A stretch of DNA of 64,000 bases from Nitrospirales bacterium (GCA_029261275.1 JAJDBR010000109.1:2627-66626); one strand, 5' to 3'; counted from the first letter of the stretch, positions 27,324-37,101 are shown. The notes: generated by a model from the letters alone, not told the origin. Translations and numbers: made by a program.

Positions 27324-28877
27324 TTACCGAGTAAAATACTGCTGATCGGTAAACACCCACCCCGTATTATTAACTCCCCCGGTCGCAAACCGGGTCCAGT
27401 AACGGATCCAGAAGGTGCCGGGCCGACTCCCCGTATTAATGAGGAATGTATTGTTCGTGCGCAAGTTTAGGGTACCCAAAGCCGAGCTGCCCTTGGTTGA
27501 ACCCAACCAGAGAAAATGCTGGAGTTCCCCGGTGGCTTTGCCTCCCGTAAAGCGGATGCCGCGGGTATTGATCGGCAACGTGGAGCCTGGACGAGGCGTG
27601 AGGATGGCCGGCGGGACATTACTCCCCCCTCCCGGACCAATTCGATACTGCTGATCGGTAAACGTCCACCCCGTATTGTTAATTCCCCCGGTCGCAAATC
27701 GGGTCCAGTAACGGACATGCATGATGCCGCTGGCCGGCGTACGCACGGTAAAGGTTGGGGTCGTGCGCAAATTAAAGGTCTGAATATTCCTTGCCCCCTT
27801 GGTCGTCCCGACAAAGGCAAAATAGTGTATGGCTCCGGTGGCCCGGCCCCCCGTAAAGGGGATGCTGGCATTGGGCGCCAACGTAGAATTCGGCGCGGGC
27901 GTGAGGATGGGCGGCGGGACATTACTCCCCCCACCAGTAGTCACCTGCCAGCCTATATCTTCTAAGAGATTTAGGGCCAATCCTAGATTATGATTACCTG
28001 GACCCCTAGCTAAAGCGGGCTCCATCAGTTGATTAGGGGTCGTCGTCAACGCGAAGTGTGACACGGATGAGCCTCTCTTCACGGGATTCGGAGCATACAT
28101 GTGTACATGAGTACCGGTTTTCCCGGCGGTCAAAACCCCAGACCCGGCTTGAACCCTTGGCCCAAGGAAATGGAGGAGTGGGCCAGACACCGCCGCGGCC
28201 CTACGTTGGGCATTGGACATGCCGGGGTAGCCAGAGGGATTGCGCCCATGGTGCTCTAAGAACCGCATATAGGCGTCATTGCGACCCAGGGCCTTTTCTC
28301 CGGTTTGCGAATCCACCAGAGTCGCAAACCCGAGACCATGGCCGATTTCATGCAACACGACCGTGACAAAGTCATGCTGATTAGATGGCGCACGCCCATC
28401 CAATCCAAAATAAAAAGCATGCGTGGAGCTAAACTGTGCCCGAATATCATTCCTGCTGGGATCTATATCCATGTTGGCCAAGCTATTGGCGAGCGCCACG
28501 GGGTGCCATGTGTTAGCTACAGGGGCATTCGTGAAGTCCCGAAAGTTGTTTAAGGCACCAGCTGCCCCAAGAACATTAGCAGGCAAAGGGTTCATTTGGG
28601 CCTCAACCCGAATAGGGACATTGCTGCGGAGCGCCCGTCCCCAAATGTTGGCGGCGTGTTGAAAAGCATTGAGTCGGGCTCGGCCCAATGTGGTGGCCGT
28701 ATTACCACCAACTGGCGTGAAGGAGGTGGGGTCATTAAATCCTTCACCAGCTGAATCCCTATTCACCACGATCACAGTCGCGGCCTCCACCTCAGGGACA
28801 AGCCCAAGGTTGGGCACCAGTACGCTAAACATCACCACAGCCATCCAGCGGATGAGCAAGAGGGATTTTTTGTTCAT
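27324..28877 (-). CDS. Secreted HEXXH zinc peptidase with two basic C-terminal beta-sandwich repeats
   Basis: SD GAGGAGA before ATG 28877; signal peptide ending VEA; HEIGHGLGF ... SSVSHF ... NQLMEP. Confidence 0.82.
   Translation of the reverse strand: MNKKSLLLIRWMAVVMFSVLVPNLGLVPEVEAATVIVVNRDSAGEGFNDPTSFTPVGGNTATTLGRARLNAFQHAANIWGRALRSNVPIRVEAQMNPLPANVLGAAGALNNFRDFTNAPVANTWHPVALANSLANMDIDPSRNDIRAQFSSTHAFYFGLDGRAPSNQHDFVTVVLHEIGHGLGFATLVDSQTGEKALGRNDAYMRFLEHHGRNPSGYPGMSNAQRRAAAVSGPLLHFLGPRVQAGSGVLTAGKTGTHVHMYAPNPVKRGSSVSHFALTTTPNQLMEPALARGPGNHNLGLALNLLEDIGWQVTTGGGSNVPPPILTPAPNSTLAPNASIPFTGGRATGAIHYFAFVGTTKGARNIQTFNLRTTPTFTVRTPASGIMHVRYWTRFATGGINNTGWTFTDQQYRIGPGGGSNVPPAILTPRPGSTLPINTRGIRFTGGKATGELQHFLWLGSTKGSSALGTLNLRTNNTFLINTGSRPGTFWIRYWTRFATGGVNNTGWVFTDQQYFTR
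27327..27935 (-). repeat. Two tandem coding repeats, 303-309-nt offset
   Basis: TACTGCTGATCGGTAAAC at 27337 and 27646; GGGSNVPP.ILTP.P.STL ... RYWTRFATGG.NNTGW.FTDQQY twice. Confidence 0.9.
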
Positions 28878-28984
28878 GATTGTTCTCCTCAACTTAGAGA
28901 TATAGAAATATAAGTACAAAAAAAAATGATTAGGTATCCATTTCCTCATTGGCCTAACTGGCCCAATGATTCACTCGTAAGGAC

Positions 28985-29404
28985 TTATTGCTTCTGCCCT
29001 TCATCTGCATCCTCGGGGAATGCTTCATGTAAATCCACGTGTACTGCTTTATCTGACCCCTCCGGGACCATCAGAATGGAATCAAATCGTCCCTTAGGAT
29101 CCAACATAATTCCGGATACGGGCCCCGGTTCTTCCTTTAACCCTTCCGTACTCATACTGGTAGAATCCAGGGTTGGATTGGCTGAGGGCATGATGTTTCC
29201 ACTTTCATCTAATTCCAGCAAACCCGCCGAACCTACCTGGTCCATTCCCTGAACGACCTTTTGAGTGTCATCCGTCACCGACGAGGTTTGGGCCCCCTTG
29301 GCGCCTTCTGATGTGGTGGCCGTCGGACTTTGATCAGAACCCGCTGAACAGCTCATCAAGACCCAACACAACAGAAACAGGCCATTAAACGTGAGAATTT
29401 TCAT
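28985..29404 (-). CDS. Acidic hypothetical lipoprotein
   Basis: SD GGAGG, lipobox-like LMSC; Asp/Glu-rich mature chain; directly upstream of the peptidase. Confidence 0.72.
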   Translation of the reverse strand: MKILTFNGLFLLCWVLMSCSAGSDQSPTATTSEGAKGAQTSSVTDDTQKVVQGMDQVGSAGLLELDESGNIMPSANPTLDSTSMSTEGLKEEPGPVSGIMLDPKGRFDSILMVPEGSDKAVHVDLHEAFPEDADEGQKQ

Positions 29405-30593
29405 CGTGCACCTCCATAAAGTTATGGCTATTGATTGTGATAATTTTTTTCTGTCCCCTTATACCAAAAACGAGCTATTTTTTCTCTTTCCCTCAATGAT
29501 TGTTAAGGGAACCAATTTATGTGATGATTTCAATTTTTGACAATTCCATTTCAATTCTTTCAACCCATCACAACTCCATTGAACGCAACAGTAATCATGT
29601 AATACGCTACTTTAATCAAACAAGTACTAACAATACCTAAAAATAGCTAATTAATGCTATCAAACGAGACATTTAACGAAGAACCCTACATTGGACTCAT
29701 CACAAACATAACAAGACAGAACTGAAGAATTTGGAGCCCAACGGAATACAATGGAGAGGAACAAGCAATATTGAGACCAATGGTGAGAAGCGAGACAAAT
29801 AAAATTATTATTCCCTACATAGATCGAACGGAAAGCATTCAAAGCATCACAGGAGCGTGGGTATCCGAACTCAAGTGAGAAGTCTGAAGATATACTGAAA
29901 GGGATACCGTTTGTATCTAATTGGATAATTCCGACGGGCAGGCGGCAGCTCGGGTAGTTTGGATAGAATACTCGATTTCATAAGCAAAGCCTTGCGGGCG
30001 CTTACTTATGCGACATTGGGCAATAAAGGCTGCGTCTTACAATAGAACTTCTCCGATCTTGGGGGGCAATCCTCGAAGATGATCCCTAGTGGTAGAACCT
30101 GAAAGGCGGCTCGGATCGTGCAGACATTATAGTACGCATGGCAGTTACCCGTTTTCCTATTTGGAGACTCTTCCCACGCCCTTCCACTTGAACCAGGTCC
30201 AAGCAGAAACCGGTGGTGCGCGTAGTGGGTATCATCATGCCACGGCTTGGCGAACGGCCGAGTCCATCACAGCGAACGAGAGCCCATTTTATTGGGAATG
30301 TAGATATCTGTGGGCTCAAACCTGGTTTGATGGGACATTTAGCCGGTGGCGGAGCAGAGAGGGCAACCTTGTGTGGGAGTGTCTTTAGACTGCTGCGAGT
30401 CGGCTCTCGATAGGGTGCATGAATGCCCATTGGCTTCAGGAAGAGTTGTCACCTTTGATGTCTGACCCGGTAGAAAGTGTTCCCTAAGTTAACCTCCTTC
30501 CTAAACTCTGCAAGAGAGCTTTGTCCATTGGCCCAACAGTGTTTCACCGATAGAAATTTCCCATTCTAAACAGCGAGGAGCCGTTCTCTTTTC

Positions 30594-32255
30594 CTATTTC
30601 TTCCCCTGATCGCTTACTTGAATAAGATTAGAAGCCTTTCGAATGTTTAGGTCGGCATAAAAATCTTTGCCTTCATGATTGATAACGGTGAAGGCGGGAA
30701 AGTTTTCCACTTCGATTTTCCACACGGCTTCCATGCCCAGGTCTTCATATTCTAGGACTTCTACTTTTTTAATACTGTGTTGGGCCAATCGAGCAGCCGG
30801 GCCACCAATCGAACCCAGATAAAACCCACCATATTTTTCGCAAGCTTCGCGAACCTGTTGTGAACGGTTACCTTTGGCCAGCATGACCATACTTCCGCCC
30901 ACAGCTTGAAACTGCTCCACGTAAGAATCCATACGCCCCGCAGTGGTAGGACCGAAGGAACCAGATGCATGGCCTTCGGGTTTTTTGGCCGGGCCCGCGT
31001 AATACACCACATGATCTTTCAGGTATTGCGGGAGACCTTTCCCAGCATCTAATCGTTCTTTGAGTCTGGCATGCGCAATGTCCCGCGCCACAACGATAGG
31101 ACCGGTGAGCGAGAGGCGAGTAGCCACAGGGTGCTTGCGTAGTTCGGCCAAAATTTCTGTCATGGGCCGATTCAAATCGATCTTGGCTACCTTTCCATCT
31201 AGGTCAGCTTCCGTCACTTCAGGAAAGTATTGCGCAGGATTCGTTTCAAGCTGCTCTAGAAAAACGCCATCTTTGGTGATCTTCCCTAATATTTGGCGAT
31301 CCGCTGAACAAGAGACGCCTAAGCCAACTGGGCAGGAGGCCCCATGTCGTGGCAGGCGAATAACCCGCACATCATGTGCGAAATATTTCCCGCCGAATTG
31401 CGCGCCAATGCCGGTTTCTGTACAGAGTTGAAAGATTTGTTTCTCTAGAGCCACATCTCGAAACGCGCGTCCTTGACTATTCCCAGAGGTCGGTAGATCA
31501 TCAAGATAATGGCAACTGGCCAGTTTGACGGTTTTCAACGTGAACTCTGCCGACATGCCACCTACGACAAATGCCAGATGATACGGAGGGCAGGCGGAAG
31601 TACCTAATGTCTGAATTTTTTCCGCCACAAATGCGAGCAACGATTTCGGGTTGAGAAGGGCTTTGGTCTCTTGATAGAGAAAGGTCTTATTGGCCGAGCC
31701 CCCACCCTTCGCGATAAATAAAAAATGATACTCTGGTCCCGGTTTGGCGTAGAGATCGATCTGCGCTGGTAAATTATTGCCAGTATTTTTTTCGGTATAC
31801 ATGTCGAGGGGAGCCATCTGGGAATAGCGAAGGTTGCGGGTATTGTAAGCCTCAAAGATACCACGGGAAATAGCTTCGGCATCATCACCGGAAGTAAAAA
31901 CCTGCTGCCCTTTATAGCCTAACGCTATCGCGGTGCCCGTGTCTTGGCATCCAGGAAGGACTCGCGCGGCGGCGATATTGGCATTTTTAAGAAGTTCAAG
32001 AGCCACAAATCTATCGTTGGGCGAGGCCTCGGGATCATCTAGAATTTTGGCCAACTGCTTGAGGTGACTCGATCGCAGTAAATGGGAGACATCATCCATT
32101 GCCTGGCGCGCCAAGAGCGTGAGGGCCTCGGGGCTTACTTTGACGATTTCTTGTCCCTCGAAAGTAGTCGTCGAGACATAGTCAGATGTGAGCTGGCGAT
32201 AGATGGTCGTGTCCGCCGCATGCTCAAATAATTCCTGATACTGAAACTCCCCCAT
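30594..32255 (-). CDS. fumA: Fumarate hydratase class I (Fe-S)
   Basis: [56 protein letters not shown]; SD GAGGAG before ATG 32255. Confidence 0.95.
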   Translation of the reverse strand: MGEFQYQELFEHAADTTIYRQLTSDYVSTTTFEGQEIVKVSPEALTLLARQAMDDVSHLLRSSHLKQLAKILDDPEASPNDRFVALELLKNANIAAARVLPGCQDTGTAIALGYKGQQVFTSGDDAEAISRGIFEAYNTRNLRYSQMAPLDMYTEKNTGNNLPAQIDLYAKPGPEYHFLFIAKGGGSANKTFLYQETKALLNPKSLLAFVAEKIQTLGTSACPPYHLAFVVGGMSAEFTLKTVKLASCHYLDDLPTSGNSQGRAFRDVALEKQIFQLCTETGIGAQFGGKYFAHDVRVIRLPRHGASCPVGLGVSCSADRQILGKITKDGVFLEQLETNPAQYFPEVTEADLDGKVAKIDLNRPMTEILAELRKHPVATRLSLTGPIVVARDIAHARLKERLDAGKGLPQYLKDHVVYYAGPAKKPEGHASGSFGPTTAGRMDSYVEQFQAVGGSMVMLAKGNRSQQVREACEKYGGFYLGSIGGPAARLAQHSIKKVEVLEYEDLGMEAVWKIEVENFPAFTVINHEGKDFYADLNIRKASNLIQVSDQGKK

Positions 32256-32357
32256 GAAATCACTCCTCGAATTCCGGACATTAGAAGAAAAGTTTGGCCT
32301 AGGCCCTACCCTACTTCTTACCTCCCATTTTTCGCAAGGCACTCTCCCTTTCGATTC

Positions 32358-32705
32358 TCAACCATGGTAAAAATCTTCACGAATGATTTTTCCGTCTTTC
32401 CATGTTTGTACGGTTACCTGCTGCATGTTCACACGATTCCCGTCTTTAAAGGTGATATCAAAGGACCATTCCACTGCTGCATGATCACCATCGACAATCA
32501 CCCTGCCAACTTTCGCCCCATGAAACTCCTGAACATTGTCGAGGAATTGTATTTCGTATTCTCGATTCACGACTTTTCCGATTCGCTCCTCAGTCCGGTT
32601 TTCGCTCATCACCACGTCATTGGCATAGTAGGCATCAAATGTTTCTAAAATTTTTCCTGTCAAAATTCCATCGATGACTGATTGGACTTGTGTGTTGATG
32701 CTCAT
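32358..32705 (-). CDS. SnoaL-like / NTF2-family protein
   Basis: YYANDVVMSEN, AVEWSFD, VQTWKDGKIIREDFYH. Confidence 0.85.
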   Translation of the reverse strand: MSINTQVQSVIDGILTGKILETFDAYYANDVVMSENRTEERIGKVVNREYEIQFLDNVQEFHGAKVGRVIVDGDHAAVEWSFDITFKDGNRVNMQQVTVQTWKDGKIIREDFYHG

Positions 32706-32729
32706 GATTCAATCTCCTTTCAATTCAGT

Positions 32730-33698
32730 TCATGATAAAAATGGAGCTACATTGTTTCCATACAATCTGTCTCTCCCATGGGAGGCGAGGAGGTCCTGAT
32801 CAGGACCAAGTGGCACAATCCCGGTGGGATTAATATCATCATGGGTGATGTAATAGTGGCGTTTGATATGATCGAAATTAACGGTATCAGCAATGCCTTC
32901 TTGCTGATACAGATCTTTGAGATACCCGAAGAGATTAGGGAAATCCAGGATACGACGAAGATTGCATTTAAAATGTCCATGATAGACCGCATCAAATCGA
33001 ATCAACGTCACAAAGAACCGCCAATCTGTTTCGACAATTCGTGCCCCAAACAAGTACCGCCGAATGGAGAGTCGATTTTCCATTTTCTCTAGGGCCTCAA
33101 ACAATTTCTTCACCGCCTGTTCATAGGCAAGTTGGGTAGTCGCAAATCCTGCCCGATACACGCCATTATTCACGTTTTCGTAAATGAAGACATTGAGCTC
33201 ATCAATTTCCTGCTGCAAATCTTTTGGATACAAATCCATTGGGCTTTCGGTGAATTGATGGAAGGCCTGATTGAACATGCGCATGATATCGTCATCAGAG
33301 TTACTAACAATTCGATGTGTTTCGGAATCCCATAACACCGGCACCGTCACGCGCGATTGGTAATCAAAGGCTGTGGCAGTGTAAGCCTCGCTCAAAAACT
33401 GAAATCCATTGACGGGATCCGTAGAATGCCCTGGTCCATTTCGAAACGCCCATCCTCGATCATCCCGAATGGGATCGACCACCGTCATCCCTACCACATG
33501 TTCCAATCGCTTGAGGGTCCGGACGATGATCGTGCGATGCGCCCACGGACAGGCCCATGACACATAGAGATGATAGCGTCCTTTGGCTGCGGGATAGCTA
33601 GAGCTGCCATCACTTGTCACCCAATCCTGGAAAGCATCTTCTTGCCGTGCATATTCACCGTCTGCTGTTTGTTCCTTGGGGAATTGAGCTTGCATCAT
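32730..33698 (-). CDS. Glutathionyl-hydroquinone reductase / omega-class GST (YqjG/ECM4 family)
   Basis: RYHLYVSWACPWAHR, RVTVPVLWD, NNGVYRAGFA, NFDHIKRHYY; ATGA overlap with the pirin gene. Confidence 0.93.
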   Translation of the reverse strand: MMQAQFPKEQTADGEYARQEDAFQDWVTSDGSSSYPAAKGRYHLYVSWACPWAHRTIIVRTLKRLEHVVGMTVVDPIRDDRGWAFRNGPGHSTDPVNGFQFLSEAYTATAFDYQSRVTVPVLWDSETHRIVSNSDDDIMRMFNQAFHQFTESPMDLYPKDLQQEIDELNVFIYENVNNGVYRAGFATTQLAYEQAVKKLFEALEKMENRLSIRRYLFGARIVETDWRFFVTLIRFDAVYHGHFKCNLRRILDFPNLFGYLKDLYQQEGIADTVNFDHIKRHYYITHDDINPTGIVPLGPDQDLLASHGRDRLYGNNVAPFLS

Positions 33699-34573
33699 GA
33701 TACGGCCTGGTCTTGCCAAATGAAGGTCCCTTGCTTTAGATCCAATAAGGCCTGTGCAATTTCGTCTTTGGTATTCATGACAAAGGGGCCATAGCGGGCA
33801 ATCGGTTCACCCAGGGGTTTGGCGGAAATGAGCAACAACCGAACGCCCTTATCCCTTGTTTCAATTCTCACCACATCGCCATCTTCCCACACAACGAGTG
33901 CTGGCTGGGTAACCCATCGGTGTTCTCCGTTTTCATTCTCCACAAAGCCCGCCTTTCCTTCGAACACATAGGCAAAAGCCGTGTGCCCTTGTGGAACAGA
34001 ATGCGTGAATGACCCACCAGGAGGAATGAACACATCTAAATAGGTCGGATTGGCCGCAATGCCCGTGACGGCTCCCTCTGTTCCTCCCACATTGCCAGCA
34101 ATCACTCGAATTCTGGCTCCGTCCTTGGTGGTGACTTCAGGTATCTTTCGCGACGGGATATCCTGATATCGTGGTTGGACCATCTTCAACTTTGCTGGGA
34201 GATTCACCCAGAGTTGAAATCCACCGTTGCCTTCCGGGCGCACCTGAGGCATTTCTTCATGGAGAATGCCCCCACCCGCCGTCATCCATTGCACATCACC
34301 AGCACCAATGCTCCCAGCGTTCCCCAATGTATCGCGGTGTTGCACTTCTCCGTTCAGCATATAAGTCACGGTTTCAATACCACGATGGGGATGCATGGGA
34401 AAACCTGCTTGATAGTCCTCGGCGTGAGGTGATCCAAAATGGTCAAAGAGCAGAAAGGGATCAAGATAATTCAATTTCTCTCCACCAAGACTTCGCCGCA
34501 GTCGCACGCCAGCTCCCTCGACGACATGAGTCGGCTCGATAATCGTTTTTATTTCTCTCAGTTGTGTGTTCAT
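33695..34573 (-). CDS. Pirin family protein
   Basis: DPFLLFDH, GFPMHPHRGIETVTY, QWMTAGGGILHEE, FQLWVNLP, YGPFVMN. Confidence 0.95.
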   Translation of the reverse strand: MNTQLREIKTIIEPTHVVEGAGVRLRRSLGGEKLNYLDPFLLFDHFGSPHAEDYQAGFPMHPHRGIETVTYMLNGEVQHRDTLGNAGSIGAGDVQWMTAGGGILHEEMPQVRPEGNGGFQLWVNLPAKLKMVQPRYQDIPSRKIPEVTTKDGARIRVIAGNVGGTEGAVTGIAANPTYLDVFIPPGGSFTHSVPQGHTAFAYVFEGKAGFVENENGEHRWVTQPALVVWEDGDVVRIETRDKGVRLLLISAKPLGEPIARYGPFVMNTKDEIAQALLDLKQGTFIWQDQAVS

Positions 34574-34617
34574 TTTTCCACCTCATGACCTGTACCTAGA
34601 TTGTTATGAAGACCGTT

Positions 34618-35055
34618 TCAATACACCAATTTCGATGATGGCCCTTTTTGGGAAAAGGTTATTCCTAAATCTTGGACTTCTCGATACGGGAGCAGCCAGA
34701 CAAGCGATTCATCGTGGAGGTCGACCACTTGAATACGATTACCCCAGGGATCACGAAAATCACATCCACCTTCGGGTTCCAGTGGAAGACCGTATTTCTT
34801 CCCCAGTTTCTGACGGACTTCCTCAACTTGTGCTTCATCACGAACCATAATGCCAAAGTGTTTCATTCGGTCTTTTTGCAATTCTTTTACTTCAAAAATA
34901 GCCAGGAATTGGTGTTCCCCTAATTGGCACCATGCAGCACCTTCCCCGCCTCTCAGCATCTTCAAATTAAAGACATCAGAATAAAATTCTACAGCTTTTT
35001 GGGCATCATCGACTTCAATCACCACATGATTGACACCATACACTTGTACAGTCAT
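34618..35055 (-). CDS. VOC (glyoxalase/dioxygenase) family protein
   Basis: VNHVVIEV, KHFGIMV, DFRDPWGNRIQV. Confidence 0.85.
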   Translation of the reverse strand: MTVQVYGVNHVVIEVDDAQKAVEFYSDVFNLKMLRGGEGAAWCQLGEHQFLAIFEVKELQKDRMKHFGIMVRDEAQVEEVRQKLGKKYGLPLEPEGGCDFRDPWGNRIQVVDLHDESLVWLLPYREVQDLGITFSQKGPSSKLVY

Positions 35056-35150
35056 TTCCCATTCTCCTTCCGCGAATTGTTAATCACTTCGGTAGAAAAC
35101 ATCCTTTCATTTCTTCCGCATCATCATGATAAGCATCCTTCCCAATTTTC

Positions 35151-35597
35151 CTAAATAGTGAGGGGCTTGATGGGAGATAACACCGCCATGGGATCTTGTT
35201 TCCAATTAATCCCAGGCACATCAACATAGAGCTCGATTTCATTTCCGTCGGGATCATGGAGATAGAGACTTTGGGTGATGGTGTGATCACTCATGCCGGA
35301 AATCTGAATTCCCCTTTGCTCAAGTTCTTTTTTCGCTGAACGGAGTTCTTCAAGACCATCACCTATCTTGATGCCAATGTGATACAGCCCTAGTCTCCTG
35401 CCAGATAATGGTGCCGTTGCTTCCCCCACTTCAATCAGAAAGATTTCATGATGCGTCCGTCCTGAAGTCAAAGCCACGGCCTTTCCACCGAATGTCGTTC
35501 CTATTTCTTTAAAACCCACCACATCTCGGTAGAACGTTAAAGATCGTTCGAGATCTTTCACATAAAACACGACATGTCCTAAATAATGTGCATTCAT
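35151..35597 (-). CDS. VOC family protein, catechol-dioxygenase-like
   Basis: LGHVVFYV, HHEIFL, GLYHIGI, DHTITQSLYLHDPDGNEIELY; start likely ATG 35597. Confidence 0.88.
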   Translation of the reverse strand: MNAHYLGHVVFYVKDLERSLTFYRDVVGFKEIGTTFGGKAVALTSGRTHHEIFLIEVGEATAPLSGRRLGLYHIGIKIGDGLEELRSAKKELEQRGIQISGMSDHTITQSLYLHDPDGNEIELYVDVPGINWKQDPMAVLSPIKPLTI

Positions 35598-35708
35598 ACA
35601 CTTCCTCCTATTTTCCCTTCTCACTTCATTCTATGAATCCATGAAGAAGTCCTTTTATCCAGAACAGTTTTGAATACAACACCTCACAGCATCTCCTGCT
35701 TGTGATCT

Positions 35709-36161
35709 CTATGAGTTTTTCAGGCGCCCGGCAATGACGGCATCCGCTGAAAACTTTCCTCCTCCCATCACGAAGAGTGAAAAGCACAGACCAATGGCAA
35801 GGAGATGATATTCATAGCCTTCTCCCGCTTGCTGTCCAAACCAATTCATAAAAAATCCATGTTGCCAATGCACCATGGTCATCGCCCCAACCATAATGAA
35901 GGCAAGACTGGCGGAAGTGAATCGAGTCAGAAAACCCATGAGAAGAGCCAAACTTCCGAAGAATTCCCCACTAATTACGAGAAAGGCAACAAGGGCTGGC
36001 ATACCCATTTGTTCAGTAAAAAATTCCATGGTGCCGCTAAATCCATGACCGCCATACCAACCCAGCATTTTTTGCGCCCCATGAGGAAACATGACAATCC
36101 CTAAAGCCAGACGCGTTCCTATGCTTGCCCATGATTCCTCTGTTTGAAAAAGCCATATCAT
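35709..36161 (-). CDS. DoxX family membrane protein
   Basis: RLALGIVMFPHGAQK, FMNWFG..GEGYEYHLL, GGGKFSAD. Confidence 0.93.
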   Translation of the reverse strand: MIWLFQTEESWASIGTRLALGIVMFPHGAQKMLGWYGGHGFSGTMEFFTEQMGMPALVAFLVISGEFFGSLALLMGFLTRFTSASLAFIMVGAMTMVHWQHGFFMNWFGQQAGEGYEYHLLAIGLCFSLFVMGGGKFSADAVIAGRLKNS

Positions 36162-36177
36162 GATCCAACTCCTCTAT

Positions 36178-36756
36178 TCATGTATTTTTCTTGACTGATT
36201 CTGATGTCGGTTTTCTTTTCTTATTTTCCCCTACCTTTCTCACATTCAAAGATCGCCTCTTTTGCCCTGTTGGCCTTATTTTGGAATGTTCCTTCTCAGA
36301 CGAAACGATCATGCCCTCGAAACTATCCCGTACGCGGCGCAGTAACCGCTTTGCGATCTGAATTTCTGACGCATTCAAGGCTTGGGCAAAAAACGGACGT
36401 ATGAATTCGGCATGGGCTGGGAATACTTCTTGGAATAGATCAACTCCCTTTGAGGTAAGCTGCACCCTAGTGGCTCGACGATCTCCGTCAACTTGCCCAC
36501 GTCGAATCAACCCTCTCTGCTCTAACCGATCCAACACTCCTGTCAGCGTCCCCTTCGTCGTCAATGTCTGTTCTGATAATTCCGCGCAGGTCAGCCCTTT
36601 GGTTCCTTCTAATTCCGCAATCACATCAAACTGCCCAGGGGTTAATCCTAATGATTGAATATGCCGGTTCCCTACCCTGTAAAAGGCGAGGTAGGCCTCG
36701 ACCAAGGGACGCAAGAGACTCAAATAGGGGTCATCCTTATAATCACGTATTAACAT
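36178..36756 (-). CDS. MarR-family transcriptional regulator (paralog 2)
   Basis: SD AAAGGAGA before ATG 36756; GLTPGQFDVI, LTGVLDRLEQRGLI, DRRAT; basic C-terminal tail. Confidence 0.9.
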   Translation of the reverse strand: MLIRDYKDDPYLSLLRPLVEAYLAFYRVGNRHIQSLGLTPGQFDVIAELEGTKGLTCAELSEQTLTTKGTLTGVLDRLEQRGLIRRGQVDGDRRATRVQLTSKGVDLFQEVFPAHAEFIRPFFAQALNASEIQIAKRLLRRVRDSFEGMIVSSEKEHSKIRPTGQKRRSLNVRKVGENKKRKPTSESVKKNT

Positions 36757-36793
36757 TGATTCTCCTTTGGCTTTAACTCCCGCTATCAAATTA

Positions 36794-36831
36794 ATACTAG
36801 TAAGTATATTCCTAATTAGTTCTTTTATCAA
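36794..36831 (-). promoter_or_regulatory. Sigma70-type promoter overlapped by palindromic operator
   Basis: TTGATA (36831-36826), 17 nt, TATACT (36808-36803); palindrome ATACT-N4-AGTAT at 36794-36807. Confidence 0.62.
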
Positions 36832-37101
36832 CTCTCTTGGCAAAAAAAGTTTTTCTATTTGGCCTATTACAGAAAATTAACTTGTCCTCAACCCCCTAGC
36901 GCATGACGGTCTCATCACCCTGAAGGCCTTTTCCTCAGCATGTAGGTCTTTTCCTTCAGAACCCTGATTGACCAGTGAGACCAACTTGGTCACAACTATT
37001 TAATTTATAATAGTTTTTTCGTTTTCGCCTTCCTGGAACATCCTTTGCATTATATGTTTCTAGGCATACATATTTTTCTCTTTACGCTTGCGAGGTTTTT
37101 C

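Noticed and set aside
23893-27960. CRISPR array or non-coding repeat array
   Set aside because: All repeats are in-frame, two-copy coding duplications without unique spacers; no cas genes.
36920-36960. Hammerhead ribozyme (minus strand has GAAA and CTGAGGA)
   Set aside because: Only 12 nt separate the two elements, too short to form stems I and III.
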